Origin: Phoronis australis | Lineage: Eukaryota > Animalia > Phoronida | Assembly (NCBI GenBank): GCA_002633005.1 | Contig: NMRA01000267.1 | Coordinates: forward strand, 242,286-306,285 | DNA length: 64,000 nucleotides | Reading direction: 5' to 3' | In this document: positions 13,301 to 24,477 of the stretch, piece by piece | Position numbering within the stretch: position 1 is the first letter of the stretch | Layout of the letters: the number at the start of each line of letters is the position of its first letter | Notes under the pieces: generated by a model | What the model saw: only the letters and a program-made list of their open reading frames with translations | Databases searched by the model: none | Told to the model about the DNA's origin: nothing | Translations under genes and position numbers: made by a program

Positions 13301-16300
13301 GAAAACATGGCTGCGAAGCCGTAAAATGTGTTTGAGCCTATAACTTTAGAAAAACGCAATATTTTCAAGAAATGTTTTACCGCTGTTTATAGATCCCATA
13401 GGACTACCTATGTGCCAAATTTGGTGAAAATCGGCTGACCCCCACCTTGCCGCTCATGGCTGGTGCTCTCGTGGACTAGTACTTAACTATTTTCAGGAGA
13501 TGTTACAAATTCAATGCACAGTTATCGTTGTTTTCATCTTTGTTATCACTTTTCAAGTAATAAATAGTTACATTTAAAACTGTTTCTTTTACTAGAAAAA
13601 ACTTGCAACCTAACGCGCAAGTACATACAGAAAGGATGTGATCCGCGGCGTGAACAGTCTGAGTAAAGTATTTAAAAAGTCTACCAAAAGAATGAAAGAA
13701 ACTTGGGAATTATGGGATAAATACAAAATGTACCTCGATTGGCGTAGATGAAGTAATACTCCACTCGTATCGACCGAGACCGAAGGTCAAGATCGATACG
13801 CGGAATAATGTCTTGTGGGATATTATACTTGATATTACTTCATGTAAGCCACTCTCGGAACGTTTTATGTATGTATTGTGTCGGTAAACGTACTTTCAGT
13901 TGGTTTTCAGTTAAACTGCTGTTAACCCAGGTAAGCGGGAATTCCGAAACAGTGATCCAGTACAGAGAAAGTAGTCCGTCGCAAGCGACTTTATTTGTCA
14001 GTAGTTAATTGTCGGTAGACCAGTCTTGCAGGTGTGCTTTTAAGTACAGTGTATACGTAGTTGGGTGGTATAAATACAGATTATTACATGGCGAAGTCGT
14101 TATCCCCGTAATCTAAAGCCCTCGTAGATTTTGTAGAATTGTGTATAATTCTACAATTCCACGAGGGCTGGAGATGAACGATAAACATTGTAATGAATCA
14201 TCTACCTTTCTCGACTCGCCTTTGCTTTGTAGACCTAACTACTTCTCATTTCAGAGTCCCGGGTCGCGGGTAGTGACCTTTTAATAAAGGCCAAGTTACT
14301 CTTGTTAAAAGAATGTTTTTACTAAAAAACCAATTGAAAATTTAAACAAAATAGAAGTGAATCTATACAATACGTTTTAAGCAACTGGTCTAGCTTACTA
14401 CAAATCTTATCACGCTAAATTCCCACCGTGAAAAAATCGTCTGCTAAAGTAGTTTACCACTAGTTACTGAGTATAATGTCCAAGTTAAAGGATCCCGAGG
14501 ACACGTTACCCGCATTCAAAAACTAGAGATAAACGATTTACAAGTGAGGGAAAATGACAGATACATTTTACTGAATTAAAGATGTCGTTTTTATTGAAAT
14601 TGAGCGACTTATTTTGCATAGCGTATAAATGTCGCTACAATGCCGTTTGTTGAACATGCTATTATTGCCGTCCCCCCATTTAAGTATTCTATTTTCACGT
14701 TCGACGACTTGAGCTGCGGTAGCGCAGCGGTTAAGTCGACGACTCGGAACTATTGCGAAGCAGGTTCGAAACCGGCCTCGGGTTAACGCCAAAAATGTGA
14801 TTCAACGCGCGTTGAATAACTAAATATTGCGCGTGTTGAATAACTGATGTATTGGCCGTCAGGTGATAATGTGGAATCACCACATACGTCTTCATACGGC
14901 TGTGCAATAACCGTATCACGTGAGCGTCCAATAACCCAAAGGGTTGCTGCTGAAATTCCAAGTGTTTAAAGCCTTACTTCAACGGAATTTTGTTATTTTA
15001 GAGGTATTGGTCAAACCAGATAGTCCTAGTAAAATAAAACGCCAGTGCAATCACGCAAATGTGAGCCAGTCAAATGATGGATGAAGCTGCCTTTACGTGC
15101 CATATTGCGTCACCGCGAGATCCCAGCACAAACAACAAAAGGCCGATAACAGTTGGGTCTGAACAGAACATCATAAGCGGATTTAGGGGCCCCCCTTGGC
15201 TGCCGAAAAAAATAAAAAGAGGAAATGTTGAGTTCATTAAGTAACCCCGGCAATTAACATAAGGCTGAGGGGGTCTCAGACCCCATTGCAAGAGCCCGAC
15301 CCAGACGACCTGCGCAATCGTTTTTTAGTCCTCCGTTTGTTTTTTAGTAGGAGGACCAGCAATTCGAGCCCCGCTATCTTTCAGTCCGGGTGGGCACATG
15401 TAATCGTGCATTCTGCAGTTGCTCGAGACAAAATGTTGTGGCCCCCTTATGATATCCTAGATCGGCCAATGAACACCATTGCCTGCGGATGTTATTCGCA
15501 GCTGTTTGAATTCACACTTGATTCTCGCGGTGCCGTAGACAAAAGGAAACCAATACGCCTAACACTCCGTTACATTAGGCAATTTATGGCACTAGTTGGC
15601 TCAGAGCGATGCTCTTAACACACTGTAAGAACCAAATTTACTGGTGTTACTGTTGAAAATAGGTTTTAAGCTGAATAAATTACATGAATTTACACTTTCA
15701 AAAACTAATACACTGGAGAGGATTTGATAATTTAAGTTCTCCTCACACTAAACGAACATTTTTGCCACTAAACAACCTTTCTTGTCACTCCTTCTTTTCA
15801 ACTCGATCGTTCACGATAGCCGGTGAAACTGATCATTGTAAACTGCAGTGACGATCTGTTTTCATTATTTTGTGGTGTAAAAATTGCAGTGGTAGAATCT
15901 AATTAAACTCAATCAATTCATAAAATCAAAAAATGAACAAAACAAGAAAAAAGACCTCGAGCGCCATCAGAACTTTTGAAACCCGACTTTTCAGTGTCGT
16001 TGTATTCCTACACGTATTGGCCAATGAGGAGGAAATTAAGTCTCAGCAAAGAAACGAGGGTTAGAGCTTACTGAAGCATGTGGTTGCTGCGCCGTGTGAG
16101 CAATACATACTCACACGGCGCATCAACTTCGGCTAGTAACACATCCATATATAAACATGTAGGTTAACATGTATTTATCTTTACCCCATATATGTGTGAA
16201 TACGACCACTGAATACGTCGCGAAATGCTCCATTGGACACGGAAAAGTAGAGCCAAGAGGCCGTATTTCAGGGTTGGTGTACAATCTCCTGGTGCAGTAA

Positions 16301-19300
16301 TTTAGGTACATTCATTCGGGCTATCTAAAGCATTGACCCGAGACGTCGATCCCGAAAAAATCAGTTTTACTGCTGTAAAAAGTATAAACTTTCAGCAAAG
16401 ATGTTAGGAGTTATCCACAGGGCCTCAAATATTGATGAAATCGAACAAATAGTTCAATGTATTCCAAAATATGGTTTGGGCGGAAAATATGGAGCACAAG
16501 CTTTTTTCATATGTACGTGATAACGAAACAGCGTGAGAAAATCAGATTTCGACACAATGTGTGGTGTCTCGCAGCTCATAAACCCCATGATGGTATTCAA
16601 ATCTTTTAGGAGATTGTTTTGAAGGTATTAGGCTTATACAAATATGAAAACACTGGCTTGATACAGACGTTTTTTTAAATTTGTTTTTGCAGAACGCCGT
16701 CTTGAACCATCATTCCATTACAGTAAAAAAGCAAGTATAATTGCATAGATAGAATAGAACTACAAAATGATATCAAAATCATCTCTGTAGGTTGAATAGT
16801 TATTGAAAAATGAACGTTTTATTAGCGCGTGCTTCGTTAAGCCATAAATCTCTAATTGGGTAGCCCATCGTAAAATTACACTTGTATAAACCTCGTGGTG
16901 TCTAACAACTGCACCAATTTTGAAGAGAATCTGTGACATGATGTTTGTTTGAAAATCTGACATGGCATAACCCAGAGTTGGCGGTCAGTGTTCTATAGTC
17001 TATGGTCAATCCATGTCGCTTAAAAATTTTTCGCACCAGCAAGATTCCGCGCTTTTGTCGAGAACAAAGCTTGATAAATAAGCATGCGCCAGTAGAAAGG
17101 ACATGCACCTTTGCCTGACATCAGATCTTAGGAACATACGCATACATTCGGAACACTTGAGTAAACAATTTTCTGTAACGGAATTTTGCATCTATTTTTT
17201 TCGAGGTGATACATATTTATTGAAGAATACACAGAACGCACAAGAAAAATAATGAAATCGCGAAGCATCAGTTATATCTGGGTTGTTGACAGTACATCGA
17301 TGCAAGTAGTATATACAGAGAACTATCTAATATAAGTATTCAAATATTTAGACATGATATTAAAAACAAAAACATGTACGTAATCTCGTTTTATGAAATG
17401 TGCAAACACACGTCGTGGCTCAAGACATCTTAGTTTACTTTGTGTTAGTGTAGCAATTGGTTTGGTTGTAATTTATAGATGGCGCTGCATATTGTGTTAC
17501 TACATAAGGAAGGCTCCGTGAAAATGCCAGAGCAATAGGCAGTCATTAGGGATATACCCACCGTCTTTACCCCTCAAAACTCTTTGAATAATTCTAGGAC
17601 AAATGCCCGTCAAATAGAATAAAGGCAACTACAATCCGGTGTGGGCCAAATTATGCATTTTTATTTAGACACAGGATCATGTACGCGTTTGTTGAATATT
17701 GTTCTGCGTTTTGAAGCCATCGCAGAGTCATGGATTGCAAAGCAGCAGAATGTGCAATGTGCGTGATCCTCTTCATTTCATCACCAGTCACAACAAATCC
17801 AATGTGATCCCATTAAGAAGTCGGGTTAGGAGCAGCAGCTGAAAGAACCGCAAACTCTTCTATTTCCTGTGTCTCCAATTCCAACTAAGGAATTCAATAT
17901 TCTCCTTGTCTTTTTAGTTATCCGTTTCCGGTACACCAATTCACTCATGGTACGACAGTTTATCCGGCGGTTTCTCCGTTTCTATCAAAAGGGATGATTT
18001 GACCGGAAGCCAGCTGTCTGGAAATAAGGTGCGTTGTCATGATCAAGCCAGCCCGCTAACCGTGTATAATCATGTTCGTTGAAGTATAGGAAACACTATT
18101 TTGTGTAAATATGTCGTAGTTTCTGTGTCAGTAATCACAGGCGGATTTGGGGACAGGGGACCCGCCCTCCTCTCTACGGACACGACCACAAAGGGGTTAC
18201 GAGGAATTTTCCTCGTTAGAAATTTGTGGGTTGCCCCCTTTGCGACATCCTAGATCCGTCAGTGATAATCACGTGGCCGTGGGCGATAATTACCAGTATT
18301 AATTTGTCACAGTTTTGTGCAATTCTTTCAGGCCAGGAAGCTGGAATTTTTGCTAGCCGACGCCATTGAAAAGGGTTACAGTCACTTGGTCACCGCCGGT
18401 AGTGAGCAGTCCAATCACTGCAGAGCTACAGCTGTTGCTGCTGCGCAACTAAAACTCACCTGCCACTTATTTCTGCGGTCAGACGCGTCGGTAATTAAGA
18501 CTGATTGGTGTCAAAATATAACCTACGATCTCATCAAAAGACTTGCAAGATGCTAAATAATTTCAACAAAACTGTAAAAACAAGAACGACTTTTAAAACA
18601 TCTTCTTACGCAAACGCTTAGAGGTAGAAATGTTTTTTTCCAATACACAGTTTGTTTGACAATGCGTGCTAAAAAAATCTGTAGCTCTATTTTAGAAGTA
18701 TCTGAGCACTACTTCACTTCTGAAACTTTGTTTTAAATGCCTAGTTTAATATTTTGTGTTCAGCACGTCACATAAATACCATACGACATATAATTTCACT
18801 GCAGAAACGAGTAAGTGCACATATGTCAATGATGGATCGGACAATTTTGTTACTTCAGAACGCTCAAGATCTCAGTCACCGCGGCAACGTTTTACTAAAC
18901 AGGATGGCGGGTGCCTATATGTACGCAGTGCCCAAGACGTCTGAATATGACAAGGATGTTAAAGAGCGGATGGACACGCTTGCAGGTCAAATACAGTGAG
19001 TCTCAATGGCTGCGAAGCCCCGTTGATGAATACCAAATCGAGTTTGCCCTTTTTACAATGTCAGGTTGCGTTTTAGTATAAGGAAACGGAAGCGTCAACC
19101 CAGGGTAGCGTTCTACACATCACGTTTCTAACGAGCAAAATCACGCAAGTAAAAGGCGAGCATTTCGCAAGCAAACTCATAACTAAGCGAAATGGCCGCC
19201 ACAGAGGTGATGATCGACGAGAATGAAATGTTGAATTATGGTTAGAACTGAATTAACTGCTTCCGTTACATAGACAAGATACTTCACTGAGTTTGTCTGT

Positions 19301-22300
19301 TCGTCTCTTTATAATGTCCCGAGTGTCCTTAATTGCAGGAAAAGTTTGACGAGAAAAACTTATGTCATTTGTTTTAGAAATATAAGCTTACAGAGAAGAG
19401 TTTTCCTGGCATTGTGTGGTTTTTGCACACAAAAGCTGTTAAGGAACGATTTAGAACGAAAATTGGCAAGGCAGGTGTTCTCATCCAGATGTTAGTTTCC
19501 TTGAAAAAAAGAAATAGTTTTTCTGCTTTCGGTATTGTTTTCTTGTAGGCGTAAAACTGGCGAGAAAAGTTATCTCATTCCAGTCGGGGCATCCAATGAA
19601 GTTGGAATGTTTGGTTACTTGAATGTTTTCAGTGAAATGATTGGCCAGGTATGTCTTTCTTCTCAAAATGCATATCTGTTAAATAGAATGCATACATGAG
19701 AGTCTACGTCGAATTTTTTTCAGAGTTTTCCGAGCGAACATTCATTAAAGGGACATTGTCGTTTTTACGACCGATAAACACAATTTTAGGGTTATTGTTG
19801 AATTGCATAGAAGTTATAATCTTCGAACAGAGCTATAAAGCATAGAGAATTCTACACTAGTCTCAGGTTTATGACATGGGGAAAACCTCTTGGAAATTTT
19901 GTCGAAATACCGAGGCTTGCAGAGGGATTTTTTCGGAATTCCCAAGAGGTTTTGCCTATGTCATAAACCTAAGACGAGTGTGTTTTCTCACATGAACCGT
20001 AAAAACGATCTTTTTTGCCGAAAAACGACGTGTCTAAAACTTTCAACCACATGACGCAACCTTTTTAAAAACACGCTTGCGCAATGTTAAGTAAAATAAG
20101 TTACTTTTTGTTAATAGTTTTTCTTATAATGAACAATTGTAAATTGCATTCAGCTTTCGTAACTTATGTTCAAGTTAGAATCTCATAAATAATCTTTGAA
20201 GTTGTAATACTAAAACTTAACAAACGTTTATAAATAACAGTCAGCAGGGCTTCCCCGCCCTTGAGTACTGAACTGACCTTGACTGAGTCAACACAGTTAA
20301 AGAGTCTCACCGCGTTTCTGGAGTTGAGGTTCGTCTCCGTTTGAATGAACGTGGATATTGAGTTCGCCTCCGAAGATTGGTCCGTAAAAGATTTTGTATG
20401 CATGTCTTTCCGACTGGGAGTGCATACAGTTGCGGCACTCGACTTGTCAGTCAAAACCTAGTCATATTCTCGGAATTTCGGCATTGTTTGGTTGGCGCGC
20501 GTTTGGTTGTTTGTTTTACTGTTTTGCAGACGATAAAATGTAAAGGGCATGGATTTCTACTTTGCGCTACTTTGTGATTCGCCCATGTAATATCAAACAA
20601 ATTACGTACTCGGTGATATTATAACCAGTCATGTCGTAACACATTCCAGGTCCCGTGAGAAAGCAGAATCCGTTGCGTTATTATGGATTTATTCTCCCCG
20701 TTGTCTACCACACATTCGTTAAATTCAAGACCGGTGTCCTTACCATTTAAATACTCTGCTAGTTAGAATTTAGCGTAGCGGTTCAGCCTTTGGCTGCTAC
20801 TGCGGACGTATTGGTTTCAAATCTGTGCTGCTGCTAATTTCTGAAATATTAACTGAGAATGTCCCTTTAAGCAAAATGTATGTATATTTATAGCTTTTTT
20901 GTTAAAGATAGTATGATTTTTGAACTGTTGCCAACTATTTTGATTTGCTAATTTTTCATTATTTATCAACAGTGCATTTTGTTCAGCCCCCGCTGTCGCA
21001 AACAATGATTTTTAGAAATGCCGATTGACCCACTACTCCATTATGTAATGCCTTTCAGGGTATAGTTCCCTCGGTACTGCCACGAGTACAAATTAACAAG
21101 TTTCTTTTTTTTCCTTGAAACAGGGTCTTCTCGAAAGATTTGACGACATCGTGTTCGCTTGTGGAAGTGGAGGTACCGCCAGTGGTCTAAGTATTGCGAA
21201 TTATCTCACAGGGTCCAAACTCAAGTACGTTTTATACTGTTAAACGGTTAGAAGTGGAACAAAGCTAAACAACTTAATTTTGGTAGTTTTACCGACCAAG
21301 TAAATCATCGACCAATACTCAACTTTCACCTGTGGCAAGTATTAACAGTCATTTTTGGACATATGTGGTTGCAAGACACACACACTTTGAATAAATTGCT
21401 TCGGAATTCACGACTATGCGGCCGCGTCTCAAATAATTTTTTCACAAGTAAAAAGTGTTATGTCTTCTGACGCTGTTTAAAGAGATCGTTAACATTAAAA
21501 TGATATGGAAGTTGGTTAGATGTTGTTTGCTTATTTATGCATTCTATGAGTTTATTTGCTGCAGGGTACACGGTATCGTCATCCTCGACGAGCCGGCCAG
21601 TTACTTCTATAAACACATTGACGACGTACTGAACTCTGTGGGTCTGTGTAACGTTACTGGACGAGAGGTGGTCGATATAATAGAAGGGTACATGGGCGAA
21701 GGATATGGCGTCGCCACAGAAGAAGAATTGGGTATGAATTTTTTGGTTATTTGAAAACAGAAAGATGCTGATTACACGACGTGGTGGTGTAGTGAGATCG
21801 TTCAACTTCCAAGTCACTGCGCGGTACTTTGGTCATTTCTGATATCAAAACTTCAAATTTCAGTTTGAACTCCAGTTAACCGTTTATATCTCTTGATATT
21901 GAGTACAAAATTTGTATTATGTTAACTTCAATCATAACGTAACAGCAACATTAAAAGTGGCGGCATGGGCAGAATGTTGTTCAATTGATATCGGCACTGT
22001 TTTGCGCGCACAAGGTCTGCAGGCCCTGTCAAGCCACCCGAGCACTCACCGGAGGCGTCGATAGTACAGTGGGTCATCCCACGCAGGGAAGGAGGGAGAG
22101 GGAAGGGAAGGAGAGAAGTGGGCAAGCTGGCAGCATGCATCGACAACAGCTGCAGCAGAAGTAGCTGTGACCAAAACACCAACGGTCGTCCTCTTTTTTC
22201 TACAGTTAGTTTCACTGATGATGAATTCTGTTAATTAGTAAATGGTTTGATAAGAATTTGTCTCGCCTGAGTTGTACTTCAAGCTAAGTTGCAGAACGAG

Positions 22301-24477
22301 TGGTTGAAAAATGTCATTTAATAGGACGTAAATAAAATCAAAACAGAAGCCAAGACTGCGAGATGAGAATAGGCCCTGAGGAAAAAAACACCCGGGCGTG
22401 TGCAAAAATAAAGCCCTGACTAGAATGACAGAAAAAATGTAAGGCAGACTAGAATGAAAATTAACAATAAGGGTAAACATTAGAAAGACTAAAAAAGAAA
22501 TAGGATACAAGTTAAAATGCGACAGTGAACAAAAATTCCCGAGAGAGAGAAGGGAACAGTACGATTGGTGTATTAATAAAAACTGTAGTACAGAGCCGAA
22601 GTAGAAAAATATTAAAAAAGGAAAATAATCCCTATCAATACGCTTAACGCGTTAAAAGATATCATCATTTATTATTTTTAGAATTCTACATAAAAGTAGC
22701 CAAAGAGACTGGTATAATGCTTGACCCAACGTATACTGGCAAGGCTATGAAAGGTATGCTTAATGAGATGGAGAAACGGCCGGGAAGGTTCAAAGGGAAA
22801 CGAGTTCTTTTCTTGCACACAGGTAAGTGTAACGTCCGTGCAAGTTTTGAGTCACATAACGGAGGAGAGTTCCCTGTAGGAATGCCAAATCTAACTCTAG
22901 AATCGGCCTCCGGAGAATTGTCATTGAAGTTTGCGTATTTAAAAATCATGATATTAATCAAAAAAGCTCAAAGTCCTGCAGACTTTGATTTTGGAATTGC
23001 TTATCGTTTAGTTTAGTTTAGTTTTAGTTTAGTTTACTTACCTTTATCAAATTGCTGATACAGTGTTCAGTGACCAAAACGTTGCATCCAATAGGAATAT
23101 TCTTGCATTGTTTTTATGTTCCCATTGAAGATAGGACAGAAGCCACACGAATCAAAAGTGAGTTACGTTAAATTATCAGTTGCTTCTGTGAAGCCACCAC
23201 AAATGCCTCTTTCACGCCAGGACACGGCAACACAAAGTTTTCTTACAAATTTCATGAACACTTGTTTCCAGGTTGTGATGAGATCTTTAAAATGTTAATT
23301 TTGTCAAACATGTCACGTCTATGATCACATGCGCACCAACACGTATCAACCGTCACCACGCAACCATCAGTCTGCCTGCAGGCATCGTGCTATTGTCAAG
23401 CCGGAATCAGGCAGCGCACACAGTTTACTAGACACATCGGCCTGGATTAATTTGCAATCGGTCCAGAGGTCGTACATCACAGATCCTTTATGCTATGTCA
23501 CTGAGTGCCAGTCGCCGAGAGAAATACAAAAGTAGAGACCAAGTGCAACTGCTTCAATCTGTTTTTGAAGAAGCTGCTCCGCCAGGATTACGATAAACTA
23601 CAAAACTGGTATTCCAGATACCAGTGAATTTGACGACGTCACGACCAGTTTTGCCAGTCATCAGAGGAAGAGACAGAAACCTCAAAAAGTCATCACCTCT
23701 CTCAAGATGCACATCCAGCATTTGGCACGCCACCAATGGGTGCAATAGACAGTTTGATTTAGAACTGAAAACTCATCACCATGTCTATCGATGCCATCAC
23801 TTACCACTATCCAGAAATTTGTCGGCCGGATAATAAACCGGAAGACGTTACTCTAAAAGCCTCCCGCTCGATATACTTGATGGATGACTAAGTCCAATCA
23901 GGCGGCATTTCAACCTTGAATACAATTCTCTGAAAATCTCAAAATTCAGCAGTCAAAGAAAAGCTGTTCCAATTGAAATGAAAAACATTAATTGCTTCAG
24001 CAGTTTCAACAATTAATTCAGCCTATACCACTACCTCAATGCCCAAAGCAATTTTTGTATTCCGCGAAGCCAAAATAAATCTTTCCCAGGTGAAGACTTA
24101 CAAAACGAGGACGTCAAAAATTTGAAAAGAGAACGACTGAGCACTTTCAAAACTGGAACCCGACGCCATCGACATAGTCTGGAGCTCGTTCTGCAGATCT
24201 AGTTTTCGTGTTGAATTCTAGGATTGAATTCAGTGTCTCCTTTCCATTCCGTATCTGGTCTACAGAACTCGATCGTGGTGTGATGGGTGCATTAAAACAT
24301 GAAATAATGCGAAACAAGACACATGTGCATCAATTTTCCTCACTTGTTTCCGTTCCTGTTTCAGGGGGAATTTTTGGACTTTTCGACGGGCGAATGGACA
24401 ATGTGGTCAAGAAAGAAGGATCTACTGCCAATAGATGCTACATGTGGAAAGAGTCTGACAAACCCCCAGTTTTGTAA
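1237..24477 (+). CDS. dcyD: D-cysteine desulfhydrase-like PLP-dependent enzyme (ACC deaminase/D-cysteine desulfhydrase family), 9 coding exons, 371 aa
   Basis: Manual splicing of 1237-1323, 17918-18028, 18332-18490, 18859-18995, 19549-19648, 21124-21224, 21565-21731, 22682-22822, 24365-24477 gives a 1116-nt ORF. All introns are GT-AG with matching phases. Family motifs: [23 protein letters not shown] (PLP lysine), [36 protein letters not shown]. The symbol is that of the bacterial homologue. Confidence 0.93.
2080..2154. repeat. Tandem array, 5 x 15 bp (TAGGCCA(T/G)GGGCCGT)
   Basis: Directly visible; the unit equals the terminal 15 bp of the Academ TIR. Confidence 0.95.
4232..4365. mobile_element. 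Small MITE nested in the Academ element
   Basis: Inverted repeat gtaatctccaaactc / gagtatggagattac. Confidence 0.5.
4611..4863. mobile_element. MITE with subterminal ~15-bp repeats, nested in the Academ element
   Basis: Repeated (c)aactcgyaccc/agttcgtacc motifs at left mirrored by gggtacgtgttga/gggtatgaagtgac at right. Confidence 0.6.
5985..6700 (+). mobile_element. CR1-group LINE 3' fragment (RT thumb and C-terminus), decayed
   Basis: [48 protein letters not shown] motifs with stops and deletions. Confidence 0.85.
7381..7704 (-). other. Candidate nested antisense terminal exon or pseudo-exon with YP(F/L)G repeats
   Basis: Minus-strand acceptor ttgttgtttttacag next to 7704, open frame to TGA at 7381, AATAAA at 7133-7138 (minus). 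No recognised homology. Confidence 0.3.
12810..13482. mobile_element. Kolobok-type non-autonomous element (TTAA-flanked)
   Basis: ggtactatag start and ctagtac|ttaa end; tgtgccaaatttggtgaaaatcgg subterminal motif. Left TTAA is degenerate. Confidence 0.45.
13745..14072. mobile_element. Hairpin-ended non-autonomous element, family C (Crypton-like)
   Basis: Palindrome gtatcgaccgagaccgaaggtcaagatcgatac within a larger aagtaata...tatactt inverted repeat. Boundaries uncertain. Confidence 0.4.
14071..14877 (+). mobile_element. Hairpin/tRNA-module element family A, copy 1
   Basis: Colinear with 35739-36612 and 55137-55950; hairpin partly deleted; tRNA-like module at ~14712-14785. Confidence 0.8.
14970..15665. 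mobile_element. Kolobok-type MITE (TTAA TSD), copy 1, carrying a nested 3-bp-TSD MITE
   Basis: ttaa|agccttacttcaac ... gttgaaaataggtt|ttaa; homologous to 51618-52013. Confidence 0.8.
15171..15472. mobile_element. MITE with GCGGATY...RATCYGC TIRs and 3-bp TSD (ACA)
   Basis: Absent from the paralogous site in the 51618-52013 copy; aca[...]aca flanks. Confidence 0.8.
17918..18028 (+). CDS. D-cysteine desulfhydrase-like exon 2 (LSVSGTPIH...[14 protein letters not shown])
   Basis: Acceptor tttttag, donor AAG|GTGCGT. Ends on the PLP-binding Lys codon. Not in the ORF track. Confidence 0.92.
18135..18265. mobile_element. MITE with same TIR type, 3-bp TSD (TAA), in intron 2
   Basis: taa[tcacaggcggattt...agatccgtcagtga]taa. 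Confidence 0.75.
18332..18490 (+). CDS. D-cysteine desulfhydrase-like exon 3
   Basis: ctttcag acceptor, gtaatt donor; [11 protein letters not shown]...[12 protein letters not shown]. Confidence 0.95.
18859..18995 (+). CDS. D-cysteine desulfhydrase-like exon 4
   Basis: acttcag acceptor, gtgagt donor (phase 2); [11 protein letters not shown] motif. Confidence 0.92.
19549..19648 (+). CDS. D-cysteine desulfhydrase-like exon 5
   Basis: cttgtag acceptor, CAG|gtatgt donor; [17 protein letters not shown]. Not in the ORF track. Confidence 0.92.
19749..20866. mobile_element. Kolobok-type MITE (TTAA TSD) hosting a family B insertion
   Basis: ttaa|agggacatt ... aatgtccct|ttaa. Confidence 0.75.
19850..20668 (+). 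mobile_element. Hairpin-ended element family B, copy 1 (Crypton-like)
   Basis: ~130-bp palindrome 19853-19981 with apex ccgaggcttgcagagg, followed by ttttctcacatga, which is complementary to the right end. Homologous to 30535-31112. Confidence 0.8.
21124..21224 (+). CDS. D-cysteine desulfhydrase-like exon 6
   Basis: Polypyrimidine tract plus cag acceptor, gtacgt donor; [17 protein letters not shown] phosphate-binding loop. Not in the ORF track. Confidence 0.93.
21565..21731 (+). CDS. D-cysteine desulfhydrase-like exon 7
   Basis: gctgcag acceptor, gtatga donor; GYMGEGYG motif. Confidence 0.92.
22682..22822 (+). CDS. D-cysteine desulfhydrase-like exon 8
   Basis: ttttag acceptor, G|gtaagt donor; [13 protein letters not shown]...VLFLHT. 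Confidence 0.95.
23007..23035. repeat. (TTTAG)n microsatellite
   Basis: tttagtttagttagttttagtttagttt. Confidence 0.85.
24365..24477 (+). CDS. D-cysteine desulfhydrase-like exon 9 (terminal coding exon)
   Basis: gtttcag acceptor completes HTGGIFGLF; TAA ends at 24477. Confidence 0.92.

Noticed and set aside
22235-22330. Possible hAT dimerisation-domain remnant (LSLKYNSG)
   Set aside because: Too short to support, and no TIRs or 8-bp TSD were found.
22682-22822. ACC deaminase assignment, or bacterial contamination
   Set aside because: Diagnostic positions are Thr/Thr rather than Glu/Leu, and the gene has eight spliceosomal introns.
23290-24200. Coding-like block in intron 8 (possible alternative exon or retroelement 5' part)
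   Set aside because: Multiple stops and no motif I could identify; exons 8 and 9 join correctly without it.
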